A stretch of 53,970 nucleotides of DNA, the filler included, from Sphacelaria rigidula (lineage: Eukaryota): assembly GCA_964200075.2 (NCBI GenBank). It is 4 parts of 4 records of this genome, joined end to end, with 100 filler letters (N's around TTAATTAATTAA, not from the genome) between each part and the next. Parts side by side here need not be neighbours in the genome. Positions count along the whole stretch, not along the records: positions 1 to 13,419 come from CAXNAA020002892.1; 3 more parts are not named here. The stretch is one strand, 5' to 3'. The notes under the pieces were generated by a model. That model did not search any database. It was not told the origin of the DNA and saw only the letters and a list, made by a program, of their open reading frames with translations. Both the position numbers and the translations under genes were made by a program. Position 1 is the stretch's first letter. Each line of letters begins with the position of its first letter. Below are positions 1-12,966 of the stretch, piece after piece.

Positions 1-457
1 GTGGATATGGGGAAGAGGCAAAAAAAAAAAAACAAAGAAAACAACAAACGCCCCCCCCCCCCCCCCCCCTCCCCCTATCGTAGGATGACTCAAATATATT
101 CCGTGTAGTCCCTACACTCTTCCGAAGCATTCATCGTATTCTCCGCGTAATGATATAGGGTCGTTTCAAGCAAGAATCAAGCCGTTTGCAGCAGGAGGTT
201 CCCACAAGTGACACGGTCTACGATGCCCCCCCCCCCCCCCCCCCCCCCCCAAAGGTGGCTGATTTGGGGAAGCAAAACCCAGGCGCAAATCGCCAAGAAA
301 AAAGCCAAGCGCATCGAGCAGGTGAGAATTGCCACGCTTCGGTTCGTTTCCGTCAATGTCGCCCATATCAGGCGATTTATGCAGTCTGGCACCAAACATC
401 AGGCGCTGCATGACCATTTTCTTTCGTGGTAGTTTTGACCTGTCTTTTGGGGGGGGG

Positions 458-1280
458 AGCGTACTCATTTGCTGCTTCCCTTTGTCGTTTGACCATTGAT
501 CACGCATCCCTTTCGAGACGGAGCACCTAATTGAGTTACCTTCAACATTCCGGCGCTCATTACGTTACTTCCAAACATTACACAAAACCTTGTATATATC
601 TTATCCCCGTCCTGTTTGGCCGTCTGTGGCCGCCATCTATCTCGTAGTATAGCCATATTTTACTCCCTACTGTCTAATGCATCAAACGATTTCATGCCAT
701 CTTCGTTCACGTCCCGCATATCCCCCTCTAGCACGTCCCGTTCCCCCCTATATAGTTCACATTCTGCAACTATATCACTTCTGCTCTCTAATGCTTTGCC
801 ACAGGGGCAGTTCTGTCCATCTACATCCTCTTCTTTCCAACGACTGGTATATCTCTTTCTTCTTTCTGCCAGGTCCAGGTCCCCCACCCGAAATCGCAGT
901 TTCATGTTTTTCGCAGCGTCCACTGGGCCATGCAAATATGTTTTCATGCCCATCTCCTCTCTGAACCCCCCGTTGATCTCCAAGTGTTCTTCCTTGTCTA
1001 CTTTGCGTCTGAGCGCTCCCTTTTCCTTTATTTCTATCATATCTTTTACTTTTGTCTTGTACCCCGCGCCTACACCTATGGACAGTATTTCGCCTTGTTT
1101 TTCTTCTATCTCCTTCCATATTTTCTCGACTTCTTTATCCCACTTTACTACAGCATACCCTTTCGTACTTTTCTTACATACAGCCTCATCAACCATAGCT
1201 GGCAATCTATTCTCTGCCTGTTGTTTGAGCTATATTGCCATCGCAATTTTCTCATGTCTCTGTTTGCTTCAAGTGCCTGG
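458..1280 (-). mobile_element. 5'-truncated non-LTR retrotransposon (LINE), C-terminal ORF2 region
   Basis: Degenerate frames (660..1205 and 465..656) with KLRFRVGDLDL...CPCGKALESRSDIVAECELY (zinc-knuckle-like) ending GAPSRKGCVINGQTTKGSSK*; flanked by a 13-bp near-identical duplication TTTTGGG(G/A)GGGGG at 445-457 and 1281-1293. Confidence 0.8.
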
Positions 1281-1595
1281 TTTTGGGAGGGGGCTCTCGT
1301 AAAATGACTCAAGTTTGAAACCTGTCCGTAGCTTGGCCGTCAGTATTTTTCGTGGCGGACGGCATGAAAAATATGAAAAAAAAGTATATGTAGAATAACC
1401 GTGCGGTTGACGAGATTCATATCTCTCAAGATCCTGCCAACACGTGTACCTAGAAGGAAGATTACGAGTACCCTGATCCCTCGGTCGTTGGTGTTTTCAG
1501 GAAAACTTGCTTGCATTCAGTGTGCTGGTGGCAATGGTTGAGGTGTGCACAATGGTAAGGGGACGTTGGTGCCTCAAGGGTGCAGTAGAGCTCAC

Positions 1596-4500
1596 CTTCA
1601 ACATAATAGCGGCGAAAACCGCTGCGTCGACTACCATTAGGGTCACCACCGTGCACAGCAGCAGAGCAATCCTCTGAGGCCTCGTGAGCCAACGGTTTTG
1701 GGTGTAGAACACGGACAGGAAGTCGTGGTGCACCTTCAACACCATGAGCAAGATCTTCATTCTGCTTTTTTCGCGATTCTCGTGCAGGTGGTGCAGGAGG
1801 TGTCGTTGGTGCGGACTGCGAAAGTTTCAGGGGCACGCGGGGCAACAACACAATCACACAGATATTTTAGGAGCGTCATATGATGCATGGCGTGCAAAGG
1901 ATGCTTGTAGGTAAGTGACTTACAAACAAGAATAGGTGTGTTGTAAGCGAGAGACAGTACTAGCAGGTTTATTGGCGCCCCCTGCTTCGCTTCGACTATA
2001 GCTGACTGCTGTTGATATTCCCCCATTTGAACACACAGTTGATACAGATAGGTTAGAAGAAAAGACAATCGTTCCAAATACTTGGTGCTATGAAAGGGGT
2101 ACTACTGACACAAACATACTTGTAGCAAAAATACCTATGATCGTTCATAACCATACTTTGTTCCTGACCGACACGCTCGTTCAAGTTCGATGGTCAGGTT
2201 GAGTAAAGTTGTCACGGTGCGCGCGGCCCTACTTTGCCAATCTCTTATTGATTCAGCTCGTAGCACGAGCGGAAAACAAGTGTATCTCACTTGTAGTAGT
2301 CAACGTCTTTGATATTATTTCCGGTCGCCGCCATTATCTCCGTAAGGTTGATGTCCCGACTCATGCCGAGGGGTTTTCGCGAAGAACTGTTGTCTGCTTC
2401 ACTCAACGTTCGCCCTCCCACACGCTCGCGCGCATGCCTTGAGCGTCGGTAACAGCGACAAATAATGGGCGTGACGGATCTCACCCATGCACAGCATCCG
2501 CGAGGCAGTCCACGGTCCTGGGCAGATGACCGAATACAGATTTAGGGTGCAGACCGGTGGAAGCGTTTAGGCTTGTAGAGTTGGTGGATCGATGATACGT
2601 GGAAGGCGTAACACACCTGATGATGGAGCTGATTGATGGATTATATCTGGCTTCCGAGGTAGTCATGATCCTACCGTGGTCATTATCCACAAGTTAGACG
2701 TGACGTACCCAAGGTGAATAAAACGGAAACACTCGCTAGAGGAAACTCGAGAGAGGAAAAGAGACAAAACGATGAAAGAAAGAGCAAACGGAGCACACCG
2801 GCGTAGCGTGGTGGGTATCGACCACGGTGGTGGATTCGAATGTTGAAGCAAGAGCCAGTTGACCACTGCTAGAGAAGGGTTGTGTGCTTTAATGACTCAG
2901 CAGATTGAGTATACTTTGTCGATGCATTGCTTGAAAAAGAAGAAGACACGTTCCCACAAGCTCGTCTCCGCCGAAAGATCAGGGTGAAGAGCACATGTAG
3001 TTTGAGAACGCTTCTCGCCTGGTTCCATAGGTTAATTGAAGATCGGGCTGCTGATGAAATATGTGCTTGCCGTTGTGACCCCCACATGGTCAAGGTCAGG
3101 GTTGAAGGTAGGTTTTGTTATCGTTATGAATACCTCAAGCGAGTGAAATTACCATTGATTCGAAATCAAATATTCGGAACATCAGGCAAAACTGAAACCC
3201 ACACTAGTGAACCCATGTCGACATCCTGATCTTGCTCTGGATGCGAGCATTACAGCAGTATATCTCCTAGTACGACGTATCCTGAACCTTAGCCGCAATT
3301 GTAGATTTTGATCCTGCCGTCATCACAACAGTAGGTATAGCTTCACGTTGACTTCACCGTCAGACAGCATGAGGGCTGCTGAAACGCTCTTGCTTGCACT
3401 ACATACCCACCCGTCGATCCTTGCGCCACCCGAGTCCCATGCAGACAACAGCTGTTGCAAGGACTCCGCCCATCATTACAAAAATCGGGCTGGCGTCTTC
3501 CATCTCGCTCAAGATCGGGTCGGCTGCCCCCGACCGCTTGGACACAAACGTAGCATAATTCCCCGCTTCCAGTACAGTCGACGCAAAATCAACCTGCAAC
3601 GTTTTCGGCAGTGGAACGTTTGTTTCTCTGGGCATAAGGCGTGGTATATAACGTCTTGCGGCGGGTTAATCGATTGCGGCGTGCGTTATCGTTGGTGATG
3701 TAGTGTGGACGTGTGGCGAAAGCTCTGTTGCCGAGTAACTACTCACCGGGCGTAGGGTGTGAGAAATTTGCCCCCACGGCGGTATGAGCGGATAGGAGGA
3801 TGGCCAATAGTACACTCACGAAAAAGATAGAAGCTCAAGATTAGCATGCTTCTACTACTTCTGACAGCAAAGGCTTGTGCTTCCAATGCCTCTCATGCTT
3901 AAACACGGTGCTGTTGTGGAAGGATATCTACTTCATGTCTCCTTTCACACACCTGGGTGGCTCCTGTCCCAGAGCCCACCGTGGCTGCGTAATCGCATGT
4001 GTACGTGGTCGATTCTGAATCGTACGATAAAACCTGTCTTGACACATTTGTGGGGCGAACGGCGGAGGGTGGGGGGTGCTATGTCTCGGACACTGGTAAG
4101 CACAAACACCGATCTGAAGTGTTTTCTCTCCAGTGGCACTACCATGGGGACTGCATCAAGGGTGCTCCGTCACAAGCCCATCCACCTGGTGTCTTGTGTC
4201 ATCGCTACGTCTAATGGTGTACTTGAGGTTGTCTACGCAAAGTGGCCATGACATCGCACCTCACCCACAACAACGACGCATACGTTACGTGGGCAGGACG
4301 TCTGTGTATTGGTATGTTGTTGTGTTGTTCCTACTTGAAGTATCGCAGTTTTAACAGCCACCTGACAGCCGGCGGTAGATCCTGAAGCAGACGATTCATC
4401 CTGTCCGCGCCAGTGCACCACTCCCGGGCTTGCATCGACTGCTGAACACTGAACCAGGTAAACCTATTGTGATTGTCGTTACAGGCAACACGTCTGGCAG

Positions 4501-7500
4501 CATAAAACGACAGGATATGACATGACGGGAGGATAACATCTATCTGTCGTTTTGACAAGCTAAATCACCCTATATATATATACCCGAAGACGGGGGCTGG
4601 ATGTCCCTCCTCGTACTGGTTATGTACAGCAGCTTCTCCGATTCGAGCCAAGGTGAGGAGCTGCCCCCCCCACGGCCTCATACATCCGTTCGGTTTACCT
4701 CGGTTTTCCGATTCAAGGCGAATCACCCCCTGGGGATAGAGGCCGAAAGAGGAACCCTCCCGCACCTCTTGCTTTTGGTGACAAGTCATTTCAGCCCGCC
4801 TTCAATCAGTGTCTGGCTATTCTTTGATCGGCGTCGAGCGATCCGCCTAATCGTCGGTCGCCTTAGAGCGGGACACACATTCCGATGTGTTCACCTTAGC
4901 CTCTCCCGTGCACTGTGTGGCAACTTTTGTTCCGTCCGGACAAACGCTGCTGTACTGTGCTAACGATCCTTGCTCGCATGTATGCGTGATGGTCGTTTCT
5001 CCGATTTTCCACACCATCGCCACAGAGTTCGGGATAGTGATCTATCGCGTACGGCAGGCACGTTTTGGGCGAACGGGATATTGAAATGGGACAAGCTTAG
5101 GAGGGTGTTCCCGACCAAGGGACCACCTGTTGGTCAGTCAGTGCAAACGCCCGACGTTCGATCATTTCCACAGTAACCTACGTCAGGTCAGTGTTGTCAA
5201 AGTGGCACCCGCATGACTCCATCAGACGTTACCTGAACGGTGTCGTTGGTGCCCTCACATCGTATACCTATATTTAACAGCACTTTTGAGAGTATTGAAG
5301 GCTCTAGCTGATCGTGCCACGTGAGGTAGAGGCAGTGGACTCACCACGATAGATCCGAGGTCGTCAAACAACGACCTTTGATTTGATTCACGCGACACAG
5401 CTGAACCCTCTCTTTCGCCTGCTTGCAGCCGCCTGGATTGACTGGTTTCCACAGGATCCGCAAATAGCCTGATCACGGTGGACACCATTTCTAGACCGCC
5501 GGTCGTATTGCCAGCCGTCTACCCTCGATTATCCCATGTGAGATTCACGGGTGTGCACAACAACGAAGGTAAGATCAGGTATCGAATGACGTTCAAACTG
5601 ATGGACCGTCACTAGGCACCACGAACGGATTCGGAATACACGTTTGGTCTAATTGCCACCGATAGCGGCAAACAAGAATACCCGTCTCCCGTCTTTCATT
5701 CGCATTGATTGATTCAACGTCTGGTTGACGACTGCTACATGTACGGTGTTAGCAACTCCCCTCTCACTATAGCCCTTGTAGGCACAGGAATCCAGAAGTG
5801 ACAGGCATGCCTGCGGAAGGTCACGGTGTGGATACGTGACGTTCTCATGTGCCACGTCGAATAACAGGGCGGAGTGCGGTAAATGCAGGGGCATGTCTCT
5901 CGTGGGGTATGGTGGTACTATACTTCCACTCAAAATCACAGCCAACAAGCTCTTGAGTTTCGGTGCGACGGCAGGGCTTTCCCGGAAGAACAGAGCGGAT
6001 TCCGGCGCAAACGATCGACCACAAACAGGATGTTCGTGGAATACCAACTGCAGGGGTTGGTATCAGCTAGCCATCTCCCACCGACTATATACAACATCGA
6101 CCTGCAGAGGGCGCACGACCCCGTAGACCGCACGCCCTTGTGCGAAGTACTTGCCAGTTTCGGAATCTTATTGCGGATGATCGAGTTTATCCATACGCCC
6201 CACAATGGCATGCAAATTCGAATACAGCTAGATGATGGTGAGCTGTTAGAGCGGTTCAACGTCTACTAGGGACCCAGGAAGGGATGCGTTTCGTCTCCTC
6301 GCCGCTGTTCAACATGTTCGGCGCAGCACTGGTCAATGTTATCTTCTTGAGTTTCGCGGCAGACCCGGCCAGCGTCTCATAATTGGTATACCGACATGGT
6401 GCCCCGGAAAGTGAAGATGGCGACCCCGTTGAAGAGATATTGCTGAAGAGGGTGTGGCACGGGTTGTGGGGAGTGCTATACGCAGACGACGCAGACATAG
6501 CCTCGACGCCCCTAGATAGGCTTGACGATAGTGGTAGTCTGTCGGGAGCTCAAGTGAAGGGTGTCGGAGAACAAGGCAGAGTCCTTGCGCCTGTGGTCGC
6601 AGTACCTAGCTCCCCAGAAACAGCACCGTTCATCAAGGTGGCAGGCTAGCAGTATGAGAGGACGACTGAGGTTTGTCTACCATGGTGATGCTGTCAGTGA
6701 ACATACCAACCTGTACATCAAAGTCAAGCGCTGCGCCAGCGCTGCGTTCCTGCGCCTCTCATAGTATGGTTCCCTACTCTATGATCGGCTCAAAACCAGC
6801 CTCTGTCTCATAATCGGGCTGCGCAAAACAGGAGGTGATACACGCGATACTGTGCGGATGTGCTATACGCACGCTGTGCCCAGAGAATCTCGAAAACCCG
6901 CGCGCCACTCATCATAAGCTGATACCACGAGTAGTTGGCTTTTGCAAAAATATTGCAGTGGGCCCGATACTCGTGCGTACAGAGTTGCGCTCGAGAGGAC
7001 CCAATGAGAGCGTGTTGAGACCTCCGCCAAAAAGTGCCAACATCGTTCGCGGGGACCCTTGCCCGACACGAGGGAGCACGTGCGCCGAAGCGCATCATGA
7101 TCGGCCGGCTGGCTGTGCAAGGGCCCAGGGAGGCTGGCCGGCGCTCGAACACTTGGGGGACCGCCTCTTCGCGAACCTGGGTGCGTGAGAGACTATTCCA
7201 TCCGATGGAGAACGAAACAAGCGGTTTCGCCTTCAGTATGGAGGTCACGGGCTCGTAAGATTGGGTCACTGTCGCGAAAAACATGGGCGAATGGCACCAG
7301 GGGATCAAGAAACGGGTGGGGTTTGAGGAGGTGTGGCAACGCGAAGACCTACACCAATCGGACCTACAGCATGAGCAACAGGCTGTTGCGCTGAGAGCCG
7401 CCAACAGGACAGCCGCCGCCGTCGCTGGCATAATGGGAGCAGCAACAGCCCGTGAGGAATCCAAGAATGTAAATGGTCTAAAGAGTGGACCTCCTAGCCC

Positions 7501-10500
7501 CTGACTACGAATGAGCTGGCGGAGGCGGCGGGAGCACAGACTCTAATATACCTCGGTCTTGTCCTATCGGTTGTGGACGCCTTTCCTTCACTTTCAACCT
7601 TGGCGATGTTACCTAGCTGTGTTCACAAAATGTGATGCTATGTCTCTGATTTCCCTCTCTTTGTTCCTGTCCTCATATGCAGGTTCTTTCCTCCCCCCTT
7701 CCTCTCTTTCTTCATTCCTTGCTTTTGTTCTCCTCCTCCTTGTTTGTATAGCTACACTTGCATAGTAGGAGTAATTGCGTACATCTGTGTTGCGGGTTTT
7801 GTTCTTCCTTTTTCAATGCCGTACAGGTGCTAGTGTCTCGCTCCTGCAGTTTTGTAGGTGACAGTTCCTGCCCGAGCAGTGTCATCCCCGGGTAGCTGAG
7901 TCGCACTCTGCTTTCACGGCTGTAGCTTGTTCTACTTGTTCTTCTGATTATTACATCACCATCCAGACCATATTCTTGATTTTCTCTTCGCTTTCGTTTC
8001 GTCTCGCTTGTTTCCGCTTCGTTCCTTCCTTCCTCCCCATCTCTCGCCTTGTTTTTTCTTTCGTTCCACTGTGTTTCCTCCTTCCTTCTTCATCCTTTCT
8101 CCACTATCGGATATCTTCAGCGAGTATTCCGTTTGTCACCTTGGGTGCGTTTATCATGTGGATAATGAACATGGCTAGATCCCTGGCAGACCACTTGACC
8201 CTTCAGCGACCCTTGCCTGTTAACAGCCGAAAAGCCTGTTTGTGGGTGGTCGTCGGTGATCGAAGTCTGTTATATAGCCGCGTGATGGAATCACAAGCAA
8301 TGATATTTCCTACCTTCGCCCTGACGCTCAGTGTGTATGTAGCATGTGCGGGCCACAATATAGTTCAGCCTTGTCCTGCAGCTGTAATAGCAGTATACTT
8401 GACAGTCCTGGCACCTGCCTCAGGACATCTTGCGAGCGCTAAGATCTCTACCACCACCGTATATAGCTGGACCTGGCTGCCAGCATGATTCATGCCTATG
8501 CAGCAGTGGCGTCGCGTGTTGAGGTCACCTCATTCACGGCAAGCACCGTGTGTGCGGCCGCAGAGCTTCTCTCTACCATCATGTGCTGGGAACACAGGCT
8601 GGCATGGCCTTGGTCTGCAGCCAAAGCACCGTTCTCACTCGCAGGTATGTGTACTCCCCAAGGGATCTGCCGCTTGTTTGGCTTCCATGCAAACACCCAA
8701 TGCAGTCAGAGAGTGGCAGAAATGAAGTCTCTCGTGTGACAAGGACAGCTACTGGCAAGCGTTACCGCAGTAGATGAACGTTACGCCGGCAACCGCATAC
8801 GCTGCCACTGCCGGCTGATCGGGGTAGGGGTGTACTAGACAAAGGCATTGCTGTGTCAGTCACTCTTAGCGTGCTTGCGAGGGTTTCCCTAGCTGGTATA
8901 CGTGTCGAGTTTGCCGTGTAGTATGCGCTTCCACTAATGTTCACAGGCCGTCTAGGCGACCTCAGCTGGGACCGGTGATGCCCCATACTCTCCCCGTACT
9001 AACATGAAATTCTTCACCTCAACAAAGTACTGGGATAGAAATCAATACCATGGTATGTCCTTAACCGTGTGTTGAGACACGGAATCCAACAGTCGCATCA
9101 GCTGGGTGCCACGCCTTTCCTCCCTTGATTCTTCGTCCATTGATACTGCTTTTGGCCGTTCTAGATTGCTCTGCCAGCAGTGTGCTCATGCCATTGATTC
9201 AGCCTTTACCAAATAATGATGATGATGATGATGATGACGATAATATAATGCCGGTGTGCCCACACGAGGGTTCATTTGCGCGTTGGTTGCAAAAGAGCTA
9301 CTGTGCAACAATATGTCAATCAATCAAACCACCAGCTAATCAATTCATGAAATGTGAGCCTATTAGTCGTGATCAGAGCCTGACAGTAACATTCTGCACA
9401 AGCTCCCAACAAACCCTGGACAGCATGCAAACAGTCGTTGGTTTGTTCATTCTACCAACAGTAAAGGAAGTAAGTACATGCCTGTCTTGGGTCGAGGATG
9501 CATTCCGCCACCGCCAGAGAAAAGCTTGATACCCCGCTGAAAATACCGATCTCTCCCGGCATAGATAACGAAGGCGCTACTCGCCCCATGGCCACCTCGG
9601 CATCAGTCAGGGGAGGTGATACCTACAAATTCGTGAAAACGTGACGCGCATCGATTGCAGCTAGAGGGTCAGAGGAGGCACCAACAGCAGAACGTCGAAT
9701 GAGGCAGTAGATCTGTCATGTCAGCTTTGCCAGTAGAAATTGGCAGCGAACATCCACCTCGGCCACATCTCCGTTTTCTGACCACGGCTGGATTCCTCGA
9801 GAACCGGTTAGTTCATGTGCGACAATCAATCAATCGATCAATCAACGTCCCGAGCTATGATTGTGAGATGCCTTGCGAAGCAGGAACCGTCGCGTGTGTC
9901 GTAACGCATCGTTTCATCGCATCCACACACACGGCAAGTACGGCAAACAGTACTCGCAGGTCGCCTCAACATGAAGTGTTGGCCATTCGAATGGTGTTCA
10001 TGAATAGTTTCTGCGTCTTTCACAATATCAGGTGTTATGTCAACGGAGTAATTCACCTCAAATTCGCCGACCGAAGCGACGTCGTACACTCCCACGGACA
10101 GGCGGAAATACTCTCCGACGATCGCCTTGGCGTTTTGCCCCACAATCATAGCTGCTGCTTGCGCAGAAATGACGTCGCCGATCAGATCGGACAATGCTGA
10201 TATGTTGCTTTCTGTCTCCATGTAAGTCGATGCCAGCATTACCTGAATGGTGACGTGGACAACAGGGTTAAATATTGGATGTCGGTCGTGAGCCAATGAA
10301 CGATATTAGTTTCGGAAAATCACCCATGTTCAACTCCCCAACTCCTCAAAATAAGCGAGAAAATATTTCGACGCTTCCACACTCATCGCGTACTTTGGGA
10401 TATCCCGTATGGTTACGATCAGAGTTCAGTACGCTGTATCCCGTATTAGCACGTACCAGTCTGTGCGTCAAACGTGTTTTCTTTGTGGAGAAAGTGGATC

Positions 10501-11952
10501 TACCTCAGCAACACAATCCTCTCAAATCTAGTGAAAGCGGAGCCTGAGGGTTACCGTGTCTCGAAAAATATCCATCAAACCGTCGGTGGTGGCCGCTTAC
10601 CTGACCAACAACATCTACAAAAGCGCTTGCAGCTTTGCCTGTCACATCCTGGCCGCTGTCCTTCGCGAGCCGAGCGGTCTTCGTTGCCAGTCTTACACTC
10701 AGCGCGTTTGAAGCTGTGGTCATCTCCTCAGGCACAGCTGTCAACTGTAGGTATTCGAGCATTAGACCAATCACCACTACGTGAGAGTGCTTTGACGTGA
10801 GTCGACATTAGCAATTGAGTGATGCTACGGTAGGGGTGCACAAATATTTCTGAGGTTAGAATTGTTAGGCATCCTTTATTTAATCCAAACCACCACTTAT
10901 GAAATATGTGAGAGTACGCCAGGATTACTATTCCAATGTGCTACGGATATCCCGAATGAACTTGCGAACGGGGATGCCTTGACCCATATTCTTGTGCATC
11001 CAGAATCACCAGGAGCTCCTGAACCCGACAACAGTTTGCCCAAAACGTTTACCCCTACCGTAGCATCGCTCAATTGAAGGAACGTATATTTATAGCAGCA
11101 TTGTAGACACAGCGCTTTTTATGTAACAGCTCCAGCACAGCATCTCTGCCGGGATGCGGTGGTCATGCGCCATGTTTGGTCAATGGTTGCTCAAACTCCG
11201 TAGACCCTCTGACCCTCATAGACAAGTTCTTATGTACACCATGTTCAGAGTAAGTTGTGTGGAGAAAGTGAGGGGGCTATTCGTGGTTGAGCATTGTTGA
11301 TACTTGAACCCACGGTGGAGAAGTGCGAACAGGCCAACGTTCGCATGGACAACATACACGCGCGTCGCGTACTCGATATCAACCCCGCCCCCGCCGTTTT
11401 GAGGATCTGTGCCCCCTCCCCAACGCTGCGCTGCCGACACAGGCACAGACACCGTGATTCCACTTCTTCTTGTAGTACCACACGTACCGAAGAGAGCACC
11501 GTTATCTGTCGCGTGAGAATATCGGCAGTCACGTCCAGCCCCGTAGTCGCGCTCTCAAGATACTCCAAGGCACTCCGCCTCACGTCCTGTACCGCTGCCA
11601 TTTCTTCATCAGAATACTGACATCCGTCTCCCTTGTAGCTCCCTGAACATTTGCACCTCGCACGGCATACGACGCTGGGTGCATCTGCCAGACATTCTGA
11701 GGGAAGAAGGGCGCCTCCATGCACGGTAGATTCATGGTAGCACGTACCCTGGGCATCTTTACTCCCGCAGTCATTAGGACATGCCTTTGGCGGGGTAGTG
11801 CATGTCGGGCCTTCGTCGACCGTTGCTGTTGCCGAGTCGGACGGGTTCGGGCAGTTGTTGTACAGACAGTCAGAGTCTACGAGGCAGGATGAACCCGATG
11901 GACATGGTCCGCAAGAGGCGCCGCCACAGTCTACGTCCGTCTCCCCATCATC
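1596..11952 (-). CDS. Polycystin-1/REJ-like adhesion receptor (Cys-rich/EGF + GAIN/GPS-like + TM segments), partial, 13 exons
   Basis: Phase-compatible exons 11952-11488, 10744-10601, 10242-10057, 9622-9482, 5518-5345, 5041-4895, 4463-4362, 4033-3953, 3593-3411, 3313-~3199, 3018-2915, 2517-2291, 1815-1596 (about 763 codons). Translation shows ETDVDCGGASCGPC and an EGF-like CPNDCG...CRARCKCSGSYKGDGCQY, a helical GAIN-like region, a GPS-like W...STAGCQVLSYDSESTTYTC, a TM helix (IFVMMGGVLATAVVCMGLGW-RKDRRD) and the polycystin-type HHDFLSVFY...LTRPQRIALLLCTVVTLMVVDAAVF motif. 5' and 3' ends not found in the contig. Confidence 0.8.
5750..7560 (+). mobile_element. Decayed RTE-like LINE reverse transcriptase within an intron of the receptor gene
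   Basis: Frameshifted RT motifs: CRGMSLVG, PEEQSGFR, IDLQRAHDPVDR..LCEVLASFG, QGxxxSPLLFNMF-like, LYADDAD, and downstream PKRIMIGRL; stops and frameshifts throughout. Boundaries approximate. Confidence 0.85.
10812..11076. mobile_element. MITE-like element with 26-bp terminal inverted repeats
   Basis: CAATTGAGTGATGCTACGGTAGGGGT (10812-10837) and ACCCCTACCGTAGCATCGCTCAATTG (11051-11076) are inverted copies with 1 mismatch; non-coding interior; intronic. Confidence 0.8.
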
Positions 11953-12956
11953 CTTTCAAGCAAAAACGAAAACAACCCCCCCCCACACACACAAACACAC
12001 ACACAAACACACACGGACAGCAGATTGGGTACTCCAGAAAATTTGATGAGGCGATTGAACAGACGAGGGGAATCCACGAGGTGTTTCAATCGATCAATTA
12101 GTCGAGTGTTGCATATCCATTGGTGAGCTACAAGTCAAGTCAGTCGTGCTCACAGCATACAAGTGCCCAAGGTCACTACGCGGCAACACCCGATAAAGGA
12201 ACTTGAGATAAGGAGCAAGGGGGTGGGGGAAAAAGGAGATGATACCCATCTCAAACGGAGTAAAACCGAAAACGAATTAAAAAGAAGGGAAGGCGGCGAA
12301 GAAAAGAATGGAAAGAATGGAAAGTAAAGGTAAAGAAAAAAAGGAAAGCAAGGAAGTCGGCAGGTTAAGATCTACTCTAGCACCGGTCTTGAGAAAGTCA
12401 CTGACAGGTTTCTCAAGCATTCCTTCAGTTTAGCGACCGTTGCTTTGATTGTTTGTTGAATATTAACTGATGCCTGGGGGATCTAGCAGTGGTCATTATC
12501 CAAAAGATGCACATGTCAAGGTAAACAATACGAGAACATTCGCTCGAGAAGTAAAATGGAAAAAACACCACAAAGATAGACCAGACGGAGTAAACTAGAA
12601 AAAAACAAGATATGAACAAAAGAAACAAAGTAGAAAAGAGAAAAGAGGAAAAAGGAAAAGGGGAACAAGAAAAAAAGAAGAATAACCGGTCTCGACTAAA
12701 ATTAATGGAATAAATCTAGACATGGTTGACCCCTTCAGCATGACTGTAGGTGAAGCAAGCCGTGCAAAGAAAAAGCCCCACGCTCATACAAGAAATAAAA
12801 CAAAAAAGTCGTGGAAGCAGATTGCGGCTCTTTTACTACGGAACCACAACGTTTGGGCATGAGTTGAGTCATCCTACGATAGGGGGGTGTACTCATGATC
12901 ATGCATGCCATAGTCATGAGACCATTGACCTCGCATCCTTACAAAGCCGGGACGGA

Positions 12957-12966
12957 NNNNNNNNNN
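12957..12966. other. Internal 10-N scaffold gap
   Basis: 10 Ns; the sequence CCTTACAAAGCCGGGACGGA before the gap recurs at about 13392-13411, suggesting a repeat-induced assembly break. Confidence 0.9.

Noticed and set aside
255..321. Plus-strand exon-like block (WLIWGSKTQAQIAKKKAKRIEQ|GTGAGA)
   Set aside because: Isolated, short, no partner exons or recognisable family; cannot be distinguished from chance.
616..1302. 228-aa plus-strand ORF
   Set aside because: Antisense shadow of the minus-strand LINE remnant.
7976..9250. Additional receptor exons or a separate gene within the long intron
   Set aside because: Candidate frames contain stops or lack consistent phases, and flanking exons join without them.
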